DNA of 64,000 nt from an uncultured Alistipes sp. (GTDB taxonomy: Bacteria > Bacteroidota > Bacteroidia > Bacteroidales > Rikenellaceae). Under the pieces are notes generated by a model. The model was not told the DNA's origin. It searched no databases and saw only the letters and a list, made by a program, of their open reading frames with translations. Position 1 is the stretch's first letter, and the number at the start of each line of letters is the position of its first letter. The stretch is taken from positions 38,265 to 102,264 of the forward strand of contig CALUKI010000006.1 in the NCBI GenBank assembly GCA_944321175.1, written 5' to 3'. The position numbers and the translations under genes are program-made. Below are positions 47,313 to 58,375 of the stretch, one piece after another.

Positions 47313-49192
47313 CGCTTCATTACGATATCATCGTCATCGGAGGAGGACACGCCGGCTGCGAGGCCGCATCGGCCGCCGCACGGTTGGGCTCACGCACGCT
47401 GCTGTTGACAATGGACATGACCAAACTGGCCAACATGTCCTGCAATCCTGCCGTAGGAGGCGTCGCCAAGGGGCAGATCGTCCGCGAGATCGACGCGCTG
47501 GGCGGCCGGATGGCCCGTATCACCGATCGAACCACCCTGCAGTTCCGCATGCTCAACCGCTCGAAAGGAGCCGCCATGTGGAGTCCCCGCGCACAATGCG
47601 ACAAAAGCCGTTTTTCGGCCGAATGGCGGCACGAACTGGAAAATACGGAGAACCTCTACATCTGGCAGGACGCGGCCGTAGAACTGCTCTTTGAGGGCGA
47701 GAACGGGCACTCCCGCATCGCAGGAGTGCGCACGCGCATGGGAGTGACATTCTCCGCAGAGTGCGTGATTCTCACGGCAGGGACCTTTCTCAACGGGCTC
47801 ATGCACTGCGGAGCGGCCCATGCCGCGGGCGGACGGGCCGGCGATGCCGCAGCAACAGGAATTACCGAGTCGCTCGCAGACCGGGGATTCGAAGTGGGCC
47901 GAATGAAAACCGGAACCCCCGCGCGTCTCGATGCCCGTACCATCAATTTCGACGCGCTGGAACTTCAAAACGGGGACGAGACCCCCTCCAAATTTTCATT
48001 TTCTACTGACACACAGGCAGTTAAACATCAACTACCCTGTTTTCTCGTCTATACCACTGCGGAAGTGCACGCCATTCTGCGCAGCGGATTCGACCGTTCG
48101 CCGCTCTTCAACGGGACGATTCACGGCATCGGCCCCCGCTACTGCCCGTCGATCGAGGACAAGCTGCGGACCTTCGCAGAGAAGGATCAACACCAGTTAT
48201 TCCTTGAACCTGAGGGAGAAAGCACAAACGAATACTACCTGAACGGCTTTTCCTCCTCACTGCCCTGGGAGGTACAGTACGAAGCCCTGCATCGGATCCG
48301 GGGTTTGGAGAATGTACACATCTATCGGCCGGGTTATGCCATCGAATACGACTACTTCCCTCCGACGCAACTGCACCATACGCTCGAAACAAAACTTGTC
48401 GAGGGGCTTTACTTCGCCGGACAGGTGAACGGCACGACCGGCTACGAAGAGGCTGCCGCCCAGGGATTGATGGCCGGAATCAATGCCCACCACAAACGGA
48501 CAGGCAAAAAACCGGTCATTCTGCAACGGGACCAGGCCTACATTGGGGTGCTGATCGATGACCTCGTAACAAAGGGGGTCGATGAACCGTATCGCATGTT
48601 CACCTCCCGCGCCGAATACCGGATTCTGTTGAGGCAGGACAATGCCGATCTGAGACTGACCCCGATCGGACATGAAATCGGGTTGATCACGACAAAGGAA
48701 TTCGCCGTTTTCGAGCAAAAAAAATCGTTCGTAGAATCGCTTCTATCTTTCGCCCGCCGCACGAGCATCCATGCAGGCGAAATCGACGACTACCTGAAAA
48801 CGGTCGATTCCGAACCCATGCGTCAGGGGAAAAGAGTTTATGATCTCGTATTACGCAACGGAATTACTGTCGAGGGGCTTGCCGATGCACTTCCGAAGCT
48901 GAAGAATTTCATCGAGAAAAACGGGATTTCGCCCGAAGCCGTAGAAGAGGCGGAGATTCAGATCAAATACAACGGGTACATCCAGCGGGAAAAACACATT
49001 GCCGAAAAGTTGCACCGGCTGGAAGAGATCGCCATTCCGGATGACTTCGATTACATGTCGATGCAGTCGCTGACCATCGAAGCGCGGCAAAAACTGATCC
49101 GTATCCGCCCGAAAACCATCGGACAGGCATCGCGGATTCCGGGAGTATCCCCTGCCGACATCAACGTGCTGCTGGTAAAATTCGGGCGTTAG
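47309..49192 (+). CDS. mnmG: tRNA uridine-5-carboxymethylaminomethyl modification enzyme
   Basis: VIGGGHAG, SCNPAVGG, GPRYCPSIEDK, GQVNGTTGYEEAAAQG; ATGA overlap with ybeY. Confidence 0.99.
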   Translation: MTLHYDIIVIGGGHAGCEAASAAARLGSRTLLLTMDMTKLANMSCNPAVGGVAKGQIVREIDALGGRMARITDRTTLQFRMLNRSKGAAMWSPRAQCDKSRFSAEWRHELENTENLYIWQDAAVELLFEGENGHSRIAGVRTRMGVTFSAECVILTAGTFLNGLMHCGAAHAAGGRAGDAAATGITESLADRGFEVGRMKTGTPARLDARTINFDALELQNGDETPSKFSFSTDTQAVKHQLPCFLVYTTAEVHAILRSGFDRSPLFNGTIHGIGPRYCPSIEDKLRTFAEKDQHQLFLEPEGESTNEYYLNGFSSSLPWEVQYEALHRIRGLENVHIYRPGYAIEYDYFPPTQLHHTLETKLVEGLYFAGQVNGTTGYEEAAAQGLMAGINAHHKRTGKKPVILQRDQAYIGVLIDDLVTKGVDEPYRMFTSRAEYRILLRQDNADLRLTPIGHEIGLITTKEFAVFEQKKSFVESLLSFARRTSIHAGEIDDYLKTVDSEPMRQGKRVYDLVLRNGITVEGLADALPKLKNFIEKNGISPEAVEEAEIQIKYNGYIQREKHIAEKLHRLEEIAIPDDFDYMSMQSLTIEARQKLIRIRPKTIGQASRIPGVSPADINVLLVKFGR

Positions 49193-49253
49193 CCCCCTGT
49201 CGGCCCGATCGCGCGACGGCATCGTACCGCACGGCAACGGCCAAAACATCGCT

Positions 49254-49269
49254 TGTTCCACGTGGAACA
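49254..49269. other. parS centromere site (perfect palindrome)
   Basis: TGTTCCACGTGGAACA, parS-type 16-mer in the mnmG-ilvE intergenic space. Confidence 0.85.
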
Positions 49270-49271
49270 AA

Positions 49272-49306
49272 AGGTGGAGATGAGGCGCATCGCCTCATCT
49301 CCACCT
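49272..49306. terminator. Hairpin between convergent mnmG and ilvE
   Basis: AGGTGGAGATGAGGCG-cat-CGCCTCATCTCCACCT. Confidence 0.75.
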
Positions 49307-49353
49307 CAATACAACACAGCACGCCGGCAGGACAACCTTACCAGCCACCCCGC

Positions 49354-50367
49354 TTATTCGACGACAACCGTCCAACCATAGGGATCTTCGCAACGGCCGT
49401 ACTGAATATCCTGCAATTTGTTATACATCTCCAAGCAGCGTTTGCCGGGCTCTTCGCCGAAATGCCATTCACGACCCGTCTCCTTGTCATAAATATAGGA
49501 GATCGGAGAGATCACGGCAGCCGTACCGCACGCAGCACACTCCTCGAACGTCGAGAGCTCATCGACGGCAACGGGACGCTCCTCGACCTTCATACCCATA
49601 TCCTTTGCCAATTGACGAAGACTCTTGTTGGTAATAGAGGGCAAAATCGACGTCGATTTCGGCGTAACATAGGTATTATCCTTGATGCCGAAGAAATTGG
49701 CCGCTCCGCACTCCTCGATGTATTTCCGATGCACCGCATCGACAAACATCGAATTCGCAAAGCCCTCTGCGTTGGCGACCTCACCGGCCTCAAGGCTTGC
49801 CGCATAATTGCCGCCGCATTTTACGTCGCCTGTTCCACGTGGAGCAGCGCGGTCGAAATCGGGGTTCACAACCACACGGATCGGCTTGATACCCTCCTTG
49901 AAATAGGCGCCGACCGGCGAAACAAAAATACCGACGAGGAACTCCTTCGCGGGATGGACACCCAAAAAGGCACCCATGCCAATCTCATACGGACGAATAT
50001 ACAACGTTGCACCCGTACCATACGGAGGTACGAAACGTTCGTTCGCCTTGACAACCATACGGCACATCTCGACGAAGGTCTCGACCGGCAACTCGGCCAT
50101 ACATAATTTACGGGCCGAAGCGGCAAAACGCCTGCCGTTTTCGTCGGGCCGGAACAACCGGATCTTGCCATCCTTGCCCCGAAAAGCCTTCAATCCCTCA
50201 AAGGATTCGACCCCGTAGTGCAGGCAGGGGGCCGACATATGAATCGAGATATACTCATCCTGCGTAAGCTCCGGCTCGCCCCATTTCCCGTCCTTGCAGG
50301 CGACACGAACATTGTAATCCGTTTTGTGGTAGTTGAACGGCAGGGATGCCCAATCAAAGTTCTCCAT
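49354..50367 (-). CDS. ilvE: Branched-chain amino acid aminotransferase
   Basis: LHYGVESFEGLKA, KCGGNY (PLP Lys), ILPSIT, CGTAAVISP. Confidence 0.97.
   Translation of the reverse strand: MENFDWASLPFNYHKTDYNVRVACKDGKWGEPELTQDEYISIHMSAPCLHYGVESFEGLKAFRGKDGKIRLFRPDENGRRFAASARKLCMAELPVETFVEMCRMVVKANERFVPPYGTGATLYIRPYEIGMGAFLGVHPAKEFLVGIFVSPVGAYFKEGIKPIRVVVNPDFDRAAPRGTGDVKCGGNYAASLEAGEVANAEGFANSMFVDAVHRKYIEECGAANFFGIKDNTYVTPKSTSILPSITNKSLRQLAKDMGMKVEERPVAVDELSTFEECAACGTAAVISPISYIYDKETGREWHFGEEPGKRCLEMYNKLQDIQYGRCEDPYGWTVVVE
49831..49846. other. Second parS-like site inside ilvE
   Basis: TGTTCCACGTGGAGCA, 15/16 match to the 49254 site. Confidence 0.6.
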
Positions 50368-50385
50368 ATCTTTTTCCGTATTAAA

Positions 50386-52428
50386 TTATCCAACAATCGC
50401 CCCGTTATGGACCGGCATGCCGGGCTTCAGCAACACATATCGTCCGGTCGCATCCTCTCCCATCAGAATCATCCCCCGCGACTCGATGCCTTTCAATTCG
50501 CGCGGCGCGAGATTTACAAGGACAAGCACCTGCTGCCCCACCAGCTCCTCCGGAGTGAAATACTCCGCGATCCCCGATACGATCACCCGTTTGTCGATAC
50601 CGGTATCGACGGTCAATTTCAGCAGTTTCTTCGTCTTGGCGACCTTTTCGGCTTCAAGGATGGTCGAGATACGGATATCCAGCTTTTGAAAATCGTCGAA
50701 CGATATCCCATCTTTCTGGTTTTCAATATGATGCGATGTCTCCTCTGCTTGGTTCGCCGCCTTTGTCGCTGCGAGTTTGTCAAGCTGCGCCTGGATGACA
50801 TCATCTTCGATCTTTTCGAACAACAGTTCGGGCTGGCCGATCCGGTGTCCGGGTGCAAGCAAATCCGTCGCACCGATACGATCCCAGGCAAAAGGTCCGG
50901 ACTGAAGCATCGTGCGCAGTTTTTTCGCCGTGAACGGCATGAACGGCTCAACGACAATCGACAGATTGGCCGTAATCTGCAGCGCAACGTTCAGAATCGT
51001 CTTCACCCGCTCAGGATCCGTTTTGACGACCTTCCAGGGCTCGCTGTCGGCAAGATACTTGTTCCCGATGCGCGCCATGTTCATCGCATCCTTCAACGCT
51101 TCGCGGAAGCGGTAATTCTCCAGATTCTGTTCGAGCGATCCCTTCACGCCCTGCAATTCGGCAATCGTCACCCGATCGTAATCGGTCAACGCCCCGCACG
51201 GGGGAACGACCCCGTCGTAGTATTTTCGGGTCAGGACAAGCGCCCGATTGACAAAATTGCCCAGCACGGCAACCAGTTCATTGTTGTTACGTGCCTGAAA
51301 ATCCTTCCAGGTAAAATCGTTGTCTTTCGATTCGGGAGCATTTGCGCACAACACATAACGCAGGACATCCTCCTTGCCGGGGAACTCGTCGAGATATTCG
51401 TGCAGCCAGACCGCCCAGTTGCGGGAGGTCGAGATCTTCTCCCCCTCAAGGTTCAGGAACTCGTTGGCAGGGACGTTTTCCGGAAGGATGTAATCGCCAT
51501 GCGCCTTGAGCATCGACGGAAAGACGATGCAGTGGAAAACAATGTTGTCCTTGCCGATAAAATGAACCATCTTCGTCCCAGGGTCTTTCCAGTAACGCTC
51601 CCAATCCGGAGTAAGTTCCTTTGTTGCAGATATATAGCCGATCGGAGCGTCGAACCATACATAGAGCACCTTCCCTTCGGCGCCTTCGACGGGAACAGGG
51701 ATTCCCCAATCCAGGTCGCGGCTTACGGCACGCGGCTGGAGCCCCAGATCCAGCCAGCTCTTGCACTGGCCGTAGACATTCGGACGCCACTCCTTGTGGC
51801 CGTCGAGAATCCATTCGCGCAGAAACGACTCATACTCGTCGAGCGGCAGATACCAATGTTTCGTCTCGCGCTTCACGAGCGGCGACCCCGACAGGGCGCT
51901 GTGCGGGTCGATCAGTTCGTCGGGCGAAAGGGTCGATCCGCATTGTTCGCACTGGTCGCCGTAGGCCTTTTCATTATGGCAATGGGGGCAGGTGCCGACG
52001 ATATAACGGTCGGCAAGGAACTGCTGCGCCTCCTCATCGTAGTACTGCATCGAGGTTTTCTCGATGAATTTCCCCTCGGCATAGAGCTTGCGGAAAAAAT
52101 CCGACGCCGTTTCGGCATGCACCGGCGACGACGTCCGCGAGTAGATGTCGAACGACATGCCCAACCGTTCGAACGACGTTTTGATCAGGTTGTGATACCG
52201 GTCGATGATCTCTCGCGGCGTAACGCCCTCCTTGCGCGCCTTGATGGTGATGGCAACGCCGTGCTCGTCGCTTCCGCAAATCGAGATGACGTCCCGGCCC
52301 CGCAGCCGCAGGTAACGGGCATATATGTCGGATGGAATATACACTCCCGCCAAATGGCCGATGTGAACCGGCCCGTTGGCATAGGGAAGCGCCGATGTTA
52401 CCAAATAGCGCTTAAACTCTTTTGCCAT
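50386..52428 (-). CDS. metG: Methionine-tRNA ligase with C-terminal tRNA-binding domain
   Basis: [12 protein letters not shown], zinc-knuckle cysteines, [15 protein letters not shown]; TATTTTTG element at 52455-52462. Confidence 0.99.
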   Translation of the reverse strand: MAKEFKRYLVTSALPYANGPVHIGHLAGVYIPSDIYARYLRLRGRDVISICGSDEHGVAITIKARKEGVTPREIIDRYHNLIKTSFERLGMSFDIYSRTSSPVHAETASDFFRKLYAEGKFIEKTSMQYYDEEAQQFLADRYIVGTCPHCHNEKAYGDQCEQCGSTLSPDELIDPHSALSGSPLVKRETKHWYLPLDEYESFLREWILDGHKEWRPNVYGQCKSWLDLGLQPRAVSRDLDWGIPVPVEGAEGKVLYVWFDAPIGYISATKELTPDWERYWKDPGTKMVHFIGKDNIVFHCIVFPSMLKAHGDYILPENVPANEFLNLEGEKISTSRNWAVWLHEYLDEFPGKEDVLRYVLCANAPESKDNDFTWKDFQARNNNELVAVLGNFVNRALVLTRKYYDGVVPPCGALTDYDRVTIAELQGVKGSLEQNLENYRFREALKDAMNMARIGNKYLADSEPWKVVKTDPERVKTILNVALQITANLSIVVEPFMPFTAKKLRTMLQSGPFAWDRIGATDLLAPGHRIGQPELLFEKIEDDVIQAQLDKLAATKAANQAEETSHHIENQKDGISFDDFQKLDIRISTILEAEKVAKTKKLLKLTVDTGIDKRVIVSGIAEYFTPEELVGQQVLVLVNLAPRELKGIESRGMILMGEDATGRYVLLKPGMPVHNGAIVG

Positions 52429-52801
52429 TTCCTTTTACTTTGTAAATTTTGTCACAAAAATAGGAAATCCCCGCCAAAAAGCCTAAGAAAAGAGCCGTTT
52501 TTCTTTTTCAGCGGGATGCACGGACTTGAAGAGAAAGATTCGGAGCACACGGGAATGTTCCGGAAAAGTTGCTTTTCGCGACGCCGGTGACGAAGCGGAC
52601 AGAGCGGCATAAGGCACAAGACCCGAATCGCGTTCCGCAGTATGCCGGCATACGGGGAGTGCCGTCCCGAAGAAAAAGGAGAGGCATTGTTATTTTGCAA
52701 ACAGCAGAAAAGCACTTTTATGAAAAAAATGCGTACATTTGCAGGAGCAATTGCGCAGGACGAAGTCGTACATAAACTAAATACATTAAAACCAAATCAT
52801 T

Positions 52802-54064
52802 ATGTTCGCAATCGATTCTTATGATTTCAAAGGGAAACGCGCCATTATCCGCGTGGATTTCAATGTGCCTCTGAACGACAAGTTCGAAGTCACGGACGAT
52901 ACCCGTATCCGTGCAGCGATCCCCACTATCAAGAAAGTACTCGAAAAGGGGGGAGCGGTAATTCTCATGTCGCATCTGGGACGCCCCAAGAAGAACAACG
53001 ATATGAAATTCTCGCTCGAACACATCGTCGGCGCCATCGAAGCACGCCTGGGACATAAAGTGCTGTTCGCCGGCGACTGCATGGGCGAAAAGGCTGCCGA
53101 AATGGCCAAGAACCTCAAGCCCGGCGAAGTGATGCTGCTCGAAAACCTCCGCTTCTATGCCGAGGAAGAGGGCAAACCGCGCGGGCTGGCCGAAGATGCA
53201 ACCGACGAAGAGAAGAAAGCGGCAAAGAAGGCGCTCAAAGAGGGCCCGCAGAAGGAGTTCGTCAAGAAGCTCGCTTCGTATGCAGACTGCTACATCAACG
53301 ACGCATTCGGCACGGCACACCGTGCACACGCCTCGACGGCGCTGATCGCCGAATATTTCCCCAACGACAAGATGTTCGGCTATGTCATGGAGAACGAGCT
53401 GAAGGCGATCGACGGCGTGATGCAGAATCCGCAGCGTCCTTTCTGCGCCATCATCGGCGGTTCGAAGGTTTCGACCAAGATCTCGATCATCGAAAAACTC
53501 ATGGAGAAGGTCGATTCGATCATCATCGGCGGCGGTATGACCTACACCTTCGCCGCAGCACAGGGCGGAAAGGTCGGGAACTCGATCTGCGAACCCGACA
53601 TGTTCCCCGTAGCGCTCGAAATCCTCAAAAAGGCCAAGGAGAAGGGAATCAAGCTGGTCATGTCGCCCGATGCCCTGATTGCCGACGCGTTCTCCGCTGA
53701 TGCCAACACGGCCGTCGCTCCCGCCGACAACATCCCCGACAACTGGGAAGGGGTCGATATTGCAGACGAAGGCAAAAAGCTCTTCCGCGAACACATCCTC
53801 GGCTGCAAGACCATTCTGTGGAACGGCCCCGTCGGCGTATTCGAAATCGACAAATTCGCTACGGGATCGAAAGCCGTTGCCGAGGCAATCGCCGAGGCGA
53901 CCGAAAAAGGCGCATACTCGCTCATCGGCGGCGGCGACTCGGTAGCCTGCATCAACAAATTCGGTCTGGCAAACAAGGTCAGCTATGTATCGACCGGCGG
54001 CGGCGCCCTGCTCGAATACATGGAGGGCAAGGAACTTCCGGGCGTAGCAGCCATCCGCAAATAA
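52802..54064 (+). CDS. pgk: Phosphoglycerate kinase
   Basis: [34 protein letters not shown]; TACATTTG element at 52734-52741. Confidence 0.99.
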   Translation: MFAIDSYDFKGKRAIIRVDFNVPLNDKFEVTDDTRIRAAIPTIKKVLEKGGAVILMSHLGRPKKNNDMKFSLEHIVGAIEARLGHKVLFAGDCMGEKAAEMAKNLKPGEVMLLENLRFYAEEEGKPRGLAEDATDEEKKAAKKALKEGPQKEFVKKLASYADCYINDAFGTAHRAHASTALIAEYFPNDKMFGYVMENELKAIDGVMQNPQRPFCAIIGGSKVSTKISIIEKLMEKVDSIIIGGGMTYTFAAAQGGKVGNSICEPDMFPVALEILKKAKEKGIKLVMSPDALIADAFSADANTAVAPADNIPDNWEGVDIADEGKKLFREHILGCKTILWNGPVGVFEIDKFATGSKAVAEAIAEATEKGAYSLIGGGDSVACINKFGLANKVSYVSTGGGALLEYMEGKELPGVAAIRK

Positions 54065-54090
54065 TCCAGCCGGACGGAACTGAACCATCA

Positions 54091-54130
54091 CACGAAGGAG
54101 TTGCCCCCGCAGGGAGGAGACTCCTTCGTG
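54091..54130 (+). terminator. Hairpin after pgk
   Basis: CACGAAGGAGT...ACTCCTTCGTG followed by CTTATT. Confidence 0.55.
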
Positions 54131-54205
54131 CTTATTACCCAACAGAGGGCTCGGAGGATAGAAAACGGAGAATCCTCCCTGCTTTCCGAAACCAACGAAT
54201 TGACA

Positions 54206-56248
54206 ATGAAACGATTCATTCTTTTTGCAACAGTAGCCTGCATGATGAGTTGCAACAACAAGCCGGCCAAAGTGCCCGCAATCGACACCTCGAATTTCGA
54301 TCTGTCCGTCGCTCCGAACGAAGATTTCTATCAATACGCTACAGGAGGCTGGCAGGCGAAAAATCCGCTGAAACCCGAATTCTCGCGCTACGGATCGTTC
54401 GACGTCCTGCGCGAAAACAACGAGGTACGGATCAACGAACTCTTTCAGGAGATGACCAAAATGCAGGCTGCCGCCGGCTCGGTCGATCAGAAGATCTCCG
54501 ACCTCTACAAAATGGGGCTCGACTCCATACGTCTCAACAACGAAGGGGCTGCACCCGTCAAGGCCGATCTGGCAGGGATCATGCAGATCGAAAAGGGCAG
54601 CTCCCTGACAAAAAAACTTGCGGAACTGATTCTCGATACGGGGAATCCGCTCTTTACCTTCGGCGTCATGGCAGACCTGATGGACAGCAACACCAATGCC
54701 TTCTATCTCCAGCAGGCCGGTCTGGGCATGGGCGACCGCGACTACTATCTCGAAGAGTCGAATGCCGCGTTGAAAAAGGGATATGAAACGCTGCTGACCC
54801 AACTCTACACGCTGGCCGGCGTCGATGAGGCCCAGGCGGCCAAAGCCGCAGCCGATGTCGTAGCATTCGAGACGGAACTGGCCCGCATCTCCTGGTCAAA
54901 TGTCGAACTGCGCGACGTGGCACGCGGATATAATCCCATGACCATCGATGAGCTGAAGAAGAACTGCGACGCCATCGACTGGGCACTTCTCTTCGGCGAA
55001 CTGGACAAAATGGGGGCAAAAAACATCGATCGCGCCATCGTCGGACAACCCTCGTTCTTCGAAGGTATGAGCAAACTCGTCGCCGCAACCCCGATCGAGA
55101 CATTGCGCTACTATCTGGCGGGACAATACCTGACCAACGCAGCATCCTATCTGAGCGATGACTTCTATGCGGCGTCGTTCGACTTCTTCGGGCGCCAGAT
55201 GGCCGGAAAGCAGGAGCAGAAACCTCGCTGGAAGCGCGCCATGACCGTTCCGAACGCCGTATTGGGAGAGGCTGTCGGCGAAATGTACGTTGCAAAATAC
55301 TTCCCCAAAGAGGACAAGGAGCGCATGCTCGCACTGGTCGGGAACCTGCAGACAGCCCTCGGAGAACACATCGCCGCCCTCGACTGGATGTCGGATACCA
55401 CCAAGGCCAAAGCTCAGGAAAAACTCGCTTCGTTTCGTGTGAAGATCGGCTATCCCGACAAATGGAAGGATTATACGTCGCTCACGATCGACCCGGCAAT
55501 GGACTATTGGCACAATATCAAGGCCGCCAGCCTCTGGAGCTCGAAGGACAATCTGAGCAAATACGGAAAACCCGTTGACAAGGAGGAGTGGCTGATGTCG
55601 CCTCAGACGGTCAACGCCTACTACAATCCCACGACCAACGAGATCTGCTTCCCGGCCGCCATCCTCCAGCCGCCGTTCTACAATCCGGATGCCGACGATG
55701 CCGTCAACTACGGAGCCATCGGCGTCGTGATCGGGCACGAGATGACGCACGGCTTCGACGATCAGGGCCGCAACTTCGACAAGGACGGAAACATGAACAA
55801 CTGGTGGACCGACGAAGACGCCGCAGCGTTCAAGGCCAAAACCGATGTGCTGGTCAAGCAGTTCGATGCCATCGAGGTGCTGCCGGCCAAAGAGGGGCAG
55901 CCGGCTCTCTTCGCGAACGGTGCCCTGTCGCTCGGAGAGAACATTGCCGATCAGGGCGGTTTGCGCGTGGCCTATACGGCTTATCACAACACATTGGAAG
56001 GAAAGGATACGCCGGCGCCGATCGACGGCTTTTCGCCCGACCAGCGCTTCTACCTCGCCTATGCACAGCTGTGGGCGCAGAATATCCGCGACGAGGAGAT
56101 CGCCCGTCTCACGAAGATCGATGTCCACTCGCTGGGCAAATGGCGCGTCAATGCAACACTGCGCAATCTCCAGACCTTCTACGACGCATTCGGGATTACC
56201 GACGGTGCGATGTTCATGCCCGAAGAGGAGCGCGTCATCATCTGGTAA
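54206..56248 (+). CDS. M13-family metalloendopeptidase (PepO-like), lipoprotein
   Basis: DFYQYATGGW, VNAYY, HEMTH (HExxH), GENIAD; lipobox MMSC. Confidence 0.96.
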   Translation: MKRFILFATVACMMSCNNKPAKVPAIDTSNFDLSVAPNEDFYQYATGGWQAKNPLKPEFSRYGSFDVLRENNEVRINELFQEMTKMQAAAGSVDQKISDLYKMGLDSIRLNNEGAAPVKADLAGIMQIEKGSSLTKKLAELILDTGNPLFTFGVMADLMDSNTNAFYLQQAGLGMGDRDYYLEESNAALKKGYETLLTQLYTLAGVDEAQAAKAAADVVAFETELARISWSNVELRDVARGYNPMTIDELKKNCDAIDWALLFGELDKMGAKNIDRAIVGQPSFFEGMSKLVAATPIETLRYYLAGQYLTNAASYLSDDFYAASFDFFGRQMAGKQEQKPRWKRAMTVPNAVLGEAVGEMYVAKYFPKEDKERMLALVGNLQTALGEHIAALDWMSDTTKAKAQEKLASFRVKIGYPDKWKDYTSLTIDPAMDYWHNIKAASLWSSKDNLSKYGKPVDKEEWLMSPQTVNAYYNPTTNEICFPAAILQPPFYNPDADDAVNYGAIGVVIGHEMTHGFDDQGRNFDKDGNMNNWWTDEDAAAFKAKTDVLVKQFDAIEVLPAKEGQPALFANGALSLGENIADQGGLRVAYTAYHNTLEGKDTPAPIDGFSPDQRFYLAYAQLWAQNIRDEEIARLTKIDVHSLGKWRVNATLRNLQTFYDAFGITDGAMFMPEEERVIIW

Positions 56249-56269
56249 CGGACCGCTTCCGACAAAATG

Positions 56270-56306
56270 AAAACGGGTCCGGCAGTTGTTCTGCCGGATC
56301 CGTTTT
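56270..56306 (+). terminator. Intrinsic terminator after the M13 peptidase gene
   Basis: AAAACGGGTCCGGCAG-ttgtt-CTGCCGGATCCGTTTT. Confidence 0.8.
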
Positions 56307-56720
56307 TACATCCGCAGACACCGCATCGTCCGATCCCTTCGCAAAATGAGCCGTCGAACCTGAAACCATCGGCATCGAAAACCGCCGGCACCCCGAAGCG
56401 GCTCTCCGGCCGCACGGAATCGGCCGGCCTTCCGAAATGCACACCCTTGACACCCGCATGGCGGAAAAGAGCTGAAAGGGAAGAAACATGCACAAAAAAA
56501 TCATCGCCGGAACAGCCGATGGAACCCCGCCGGAGGGAGAGCAGGGCATCGATCCTCCGACGACATGCCGGAAAGCCCCGTTCCTGCCGGAAACGGGGCC
56601 TTCCGCTTCTGTCTCCGCACGGCGGCTACAACGCTGGCAGCGGATCACTAACGACAATCCGTCCAAGAAAATCATATTTCGGACTTTTTTTCTTATTTTT
56701 GGACAAAAAAGAGTCGGATC

Positions 56721-58088
56721 ATGACAGGGAGACAATCGTCGAGACATTGCGCGGCAATGCTTCTTATTGCGGGAGTATTGTTTTGCACGGCCTGCCGGCA
56801 CGCCGAGGAGCCGCCGGCAGCGGATTTTCGGAAGGATCCTCCGGCGGAGAAACAGGTGCTGAAGGTCGAACCTTCATCGCTGCACTTCGATGCCGGGGGA
56901 GGGACACAACGGCTCTTCATCACGGCCGAAAACTGCGAATGGTCCGCTATCCCCGACGCCGAATGGCTGACCGTCACCGAAAATCAAGGAACCTCCTCGG
57001 CAGAAATCTTCGTCACGGCAGCCCCCAACCCTGCAAACGGGCCCCGAAACGGCAGTGTGACCGTGACCGGTCCGGACGCCGCCGTCTGCCGCATAACCGC
57101 AGAACAAAAGGGCGCAGAAACTCCGGCGACAGATCCGATCGATCTGGAACAGGCCACCGCCTTTTATCTCGGCGACCGGTTCCAAACAGGAGGGAAGCTC
57201 GACAACATCCGGGTGGAAATGAGCGGAGCCGACCCCTCTTCCGCCGATTACTCCACAACGGAGATCATTCTCGATCTGAACATTCCGGCAACTACCTTTG
57301 CCGATGCGGAGCTCGCAGGCTCCTACACCGCCAACCTCTCCGACACACCGAGCTGCGGAACATTCAACTCCGCAGAGGCAACCCGTATCATCCGCCACGA
57401 CACCGACGGCCATGCGCTCGATCCGCTCTATACGGTCGGAGGGCACGTTGAAATCCTCCGGACAAACGATCTTTACCGGATCGATCTCTCGTTGAAAACG
57501 GGCGACGGAACACCATTTGCCGCCCGCTACGAAGGGCCGATAAGCTTCATCGACGGCACTTCCGCCCCACACTCCACGCTTACGGAAGACGTACAACCGG
57601 CCGTACTTCGTGCCACCGGGCTGTTTTCCTCATACGCCGACATGGAAACGGAGGCCAAAAAGCTCGTTCTGCAATTTTACAGCGACCTCTCCGTACTGCC
57701 GGTCGAGAACATGATGTGGACGCTCAATGTCGAACCGCAAGCAGCGGAAACAGGCGCAATCGAAGGGATTTACAAGGTCATCGAAAAACCTGCACCGGCT
57801 CTCGCCGCAGAGGATCTGCAGGCAGGAACGATCGTTGCAGGAGCCGTGTCGGAGGATGAAGCCGGAGAACGGATCTTCAGCGGCAGCTGGTACCGCTGCC
57901 TGACTGCGAAAAACGGCCAAGCGGAACTGACGGCTTTCGCGCCCTTTGCCAGCGGGGAAGTCACCATCTCCCGAAAAGAGGAGCGCTACACGATCGATTA
58001 CCGTTTTACCGACGACAATCCTCTTGCACCCCATACCATTTCGGGCAGCTACACAGGAACGATCGATTTTCAGAATCTCGGAGAGTGA
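56721..58088 (+). CDS. BACON-domain lipoprotein (full-length paralog)
   Basis: Lipobox CTAC, BACON pattern, then two related beta-rich domains ending in YEGPI and YTGTI; TATTTTTG element at 56694-56701. Confidence 0.85.
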   Translation: MTGRQSSRHCAAMLLIAGVLFCTACRHAEEPPAADFRKDPPAEKQVLKVEPSSLHFDAGGGTQRLFITAENCEWSAIPDAEWLTVTENQGTSSAEIFVTAAPNPANGPRNGSVTVTGPDAAVCRITAEQKGAETPATDPIDLEQATAFYLGDRFQTGGKLDNIRVEMSGADPSSADYSTTEIILDLNIPATTFADAELAGSYTANLSDTPSCGTFNSAEATRIIRHDTDGHALDPLYTVGGHVEILRTNDLYRIDLSLKTGDGTPFAARYEGPISFIDGTSAPHSTLTEDVQPAVLRATGLFSSYADMETEAKKLVLQFYSDLSVLPVENMMWTLNVEPQAAETGAIEGIYKVIEKPAPALAAEDLQAGTIVAGAVSEDEAGERIFSGSWYRCLTAKNGQAELTAFAPFASGEVTISRKEERYTIDYRFTDDNPLAPHTISGSYTGTIDFQNLGE

Positions 58089-58204
58089 ACGGCGAATTCT
58101 CCGCAACGGCCGGACTCCGGAGTTTCCGCAATCGCACGAAAACGGTACACGCAAATACAACCGGCCGCCAAGCGGCAAAAAACAGGACTCCGCAATACAA
58201 AAAA

Positions 58205-58226
58205 AGAGAGCCTGCACAGGCTCTCT
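58205..58226. terminator. Hairpin between convergent BACON gene and sppA
   Basis: AGAGAGCCTG-ca-CAGGCTCTCT flanked by A and T runs. Confidence 0.6.
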
Positions 58227-58375
58227 CTCCTTTTCACGCAGCCGTTCTCTTATACCGACGGCAAGTGCGTTCATTCACGATTCCCCGCCCGCACGGCTCC
58301 GCCCCTTTTACCGAAAAGAAGGGGAATGATGCCAAAAGAAGCGGGCAGCTCACTCCTTCCGCAGGGTTCGGGAAA

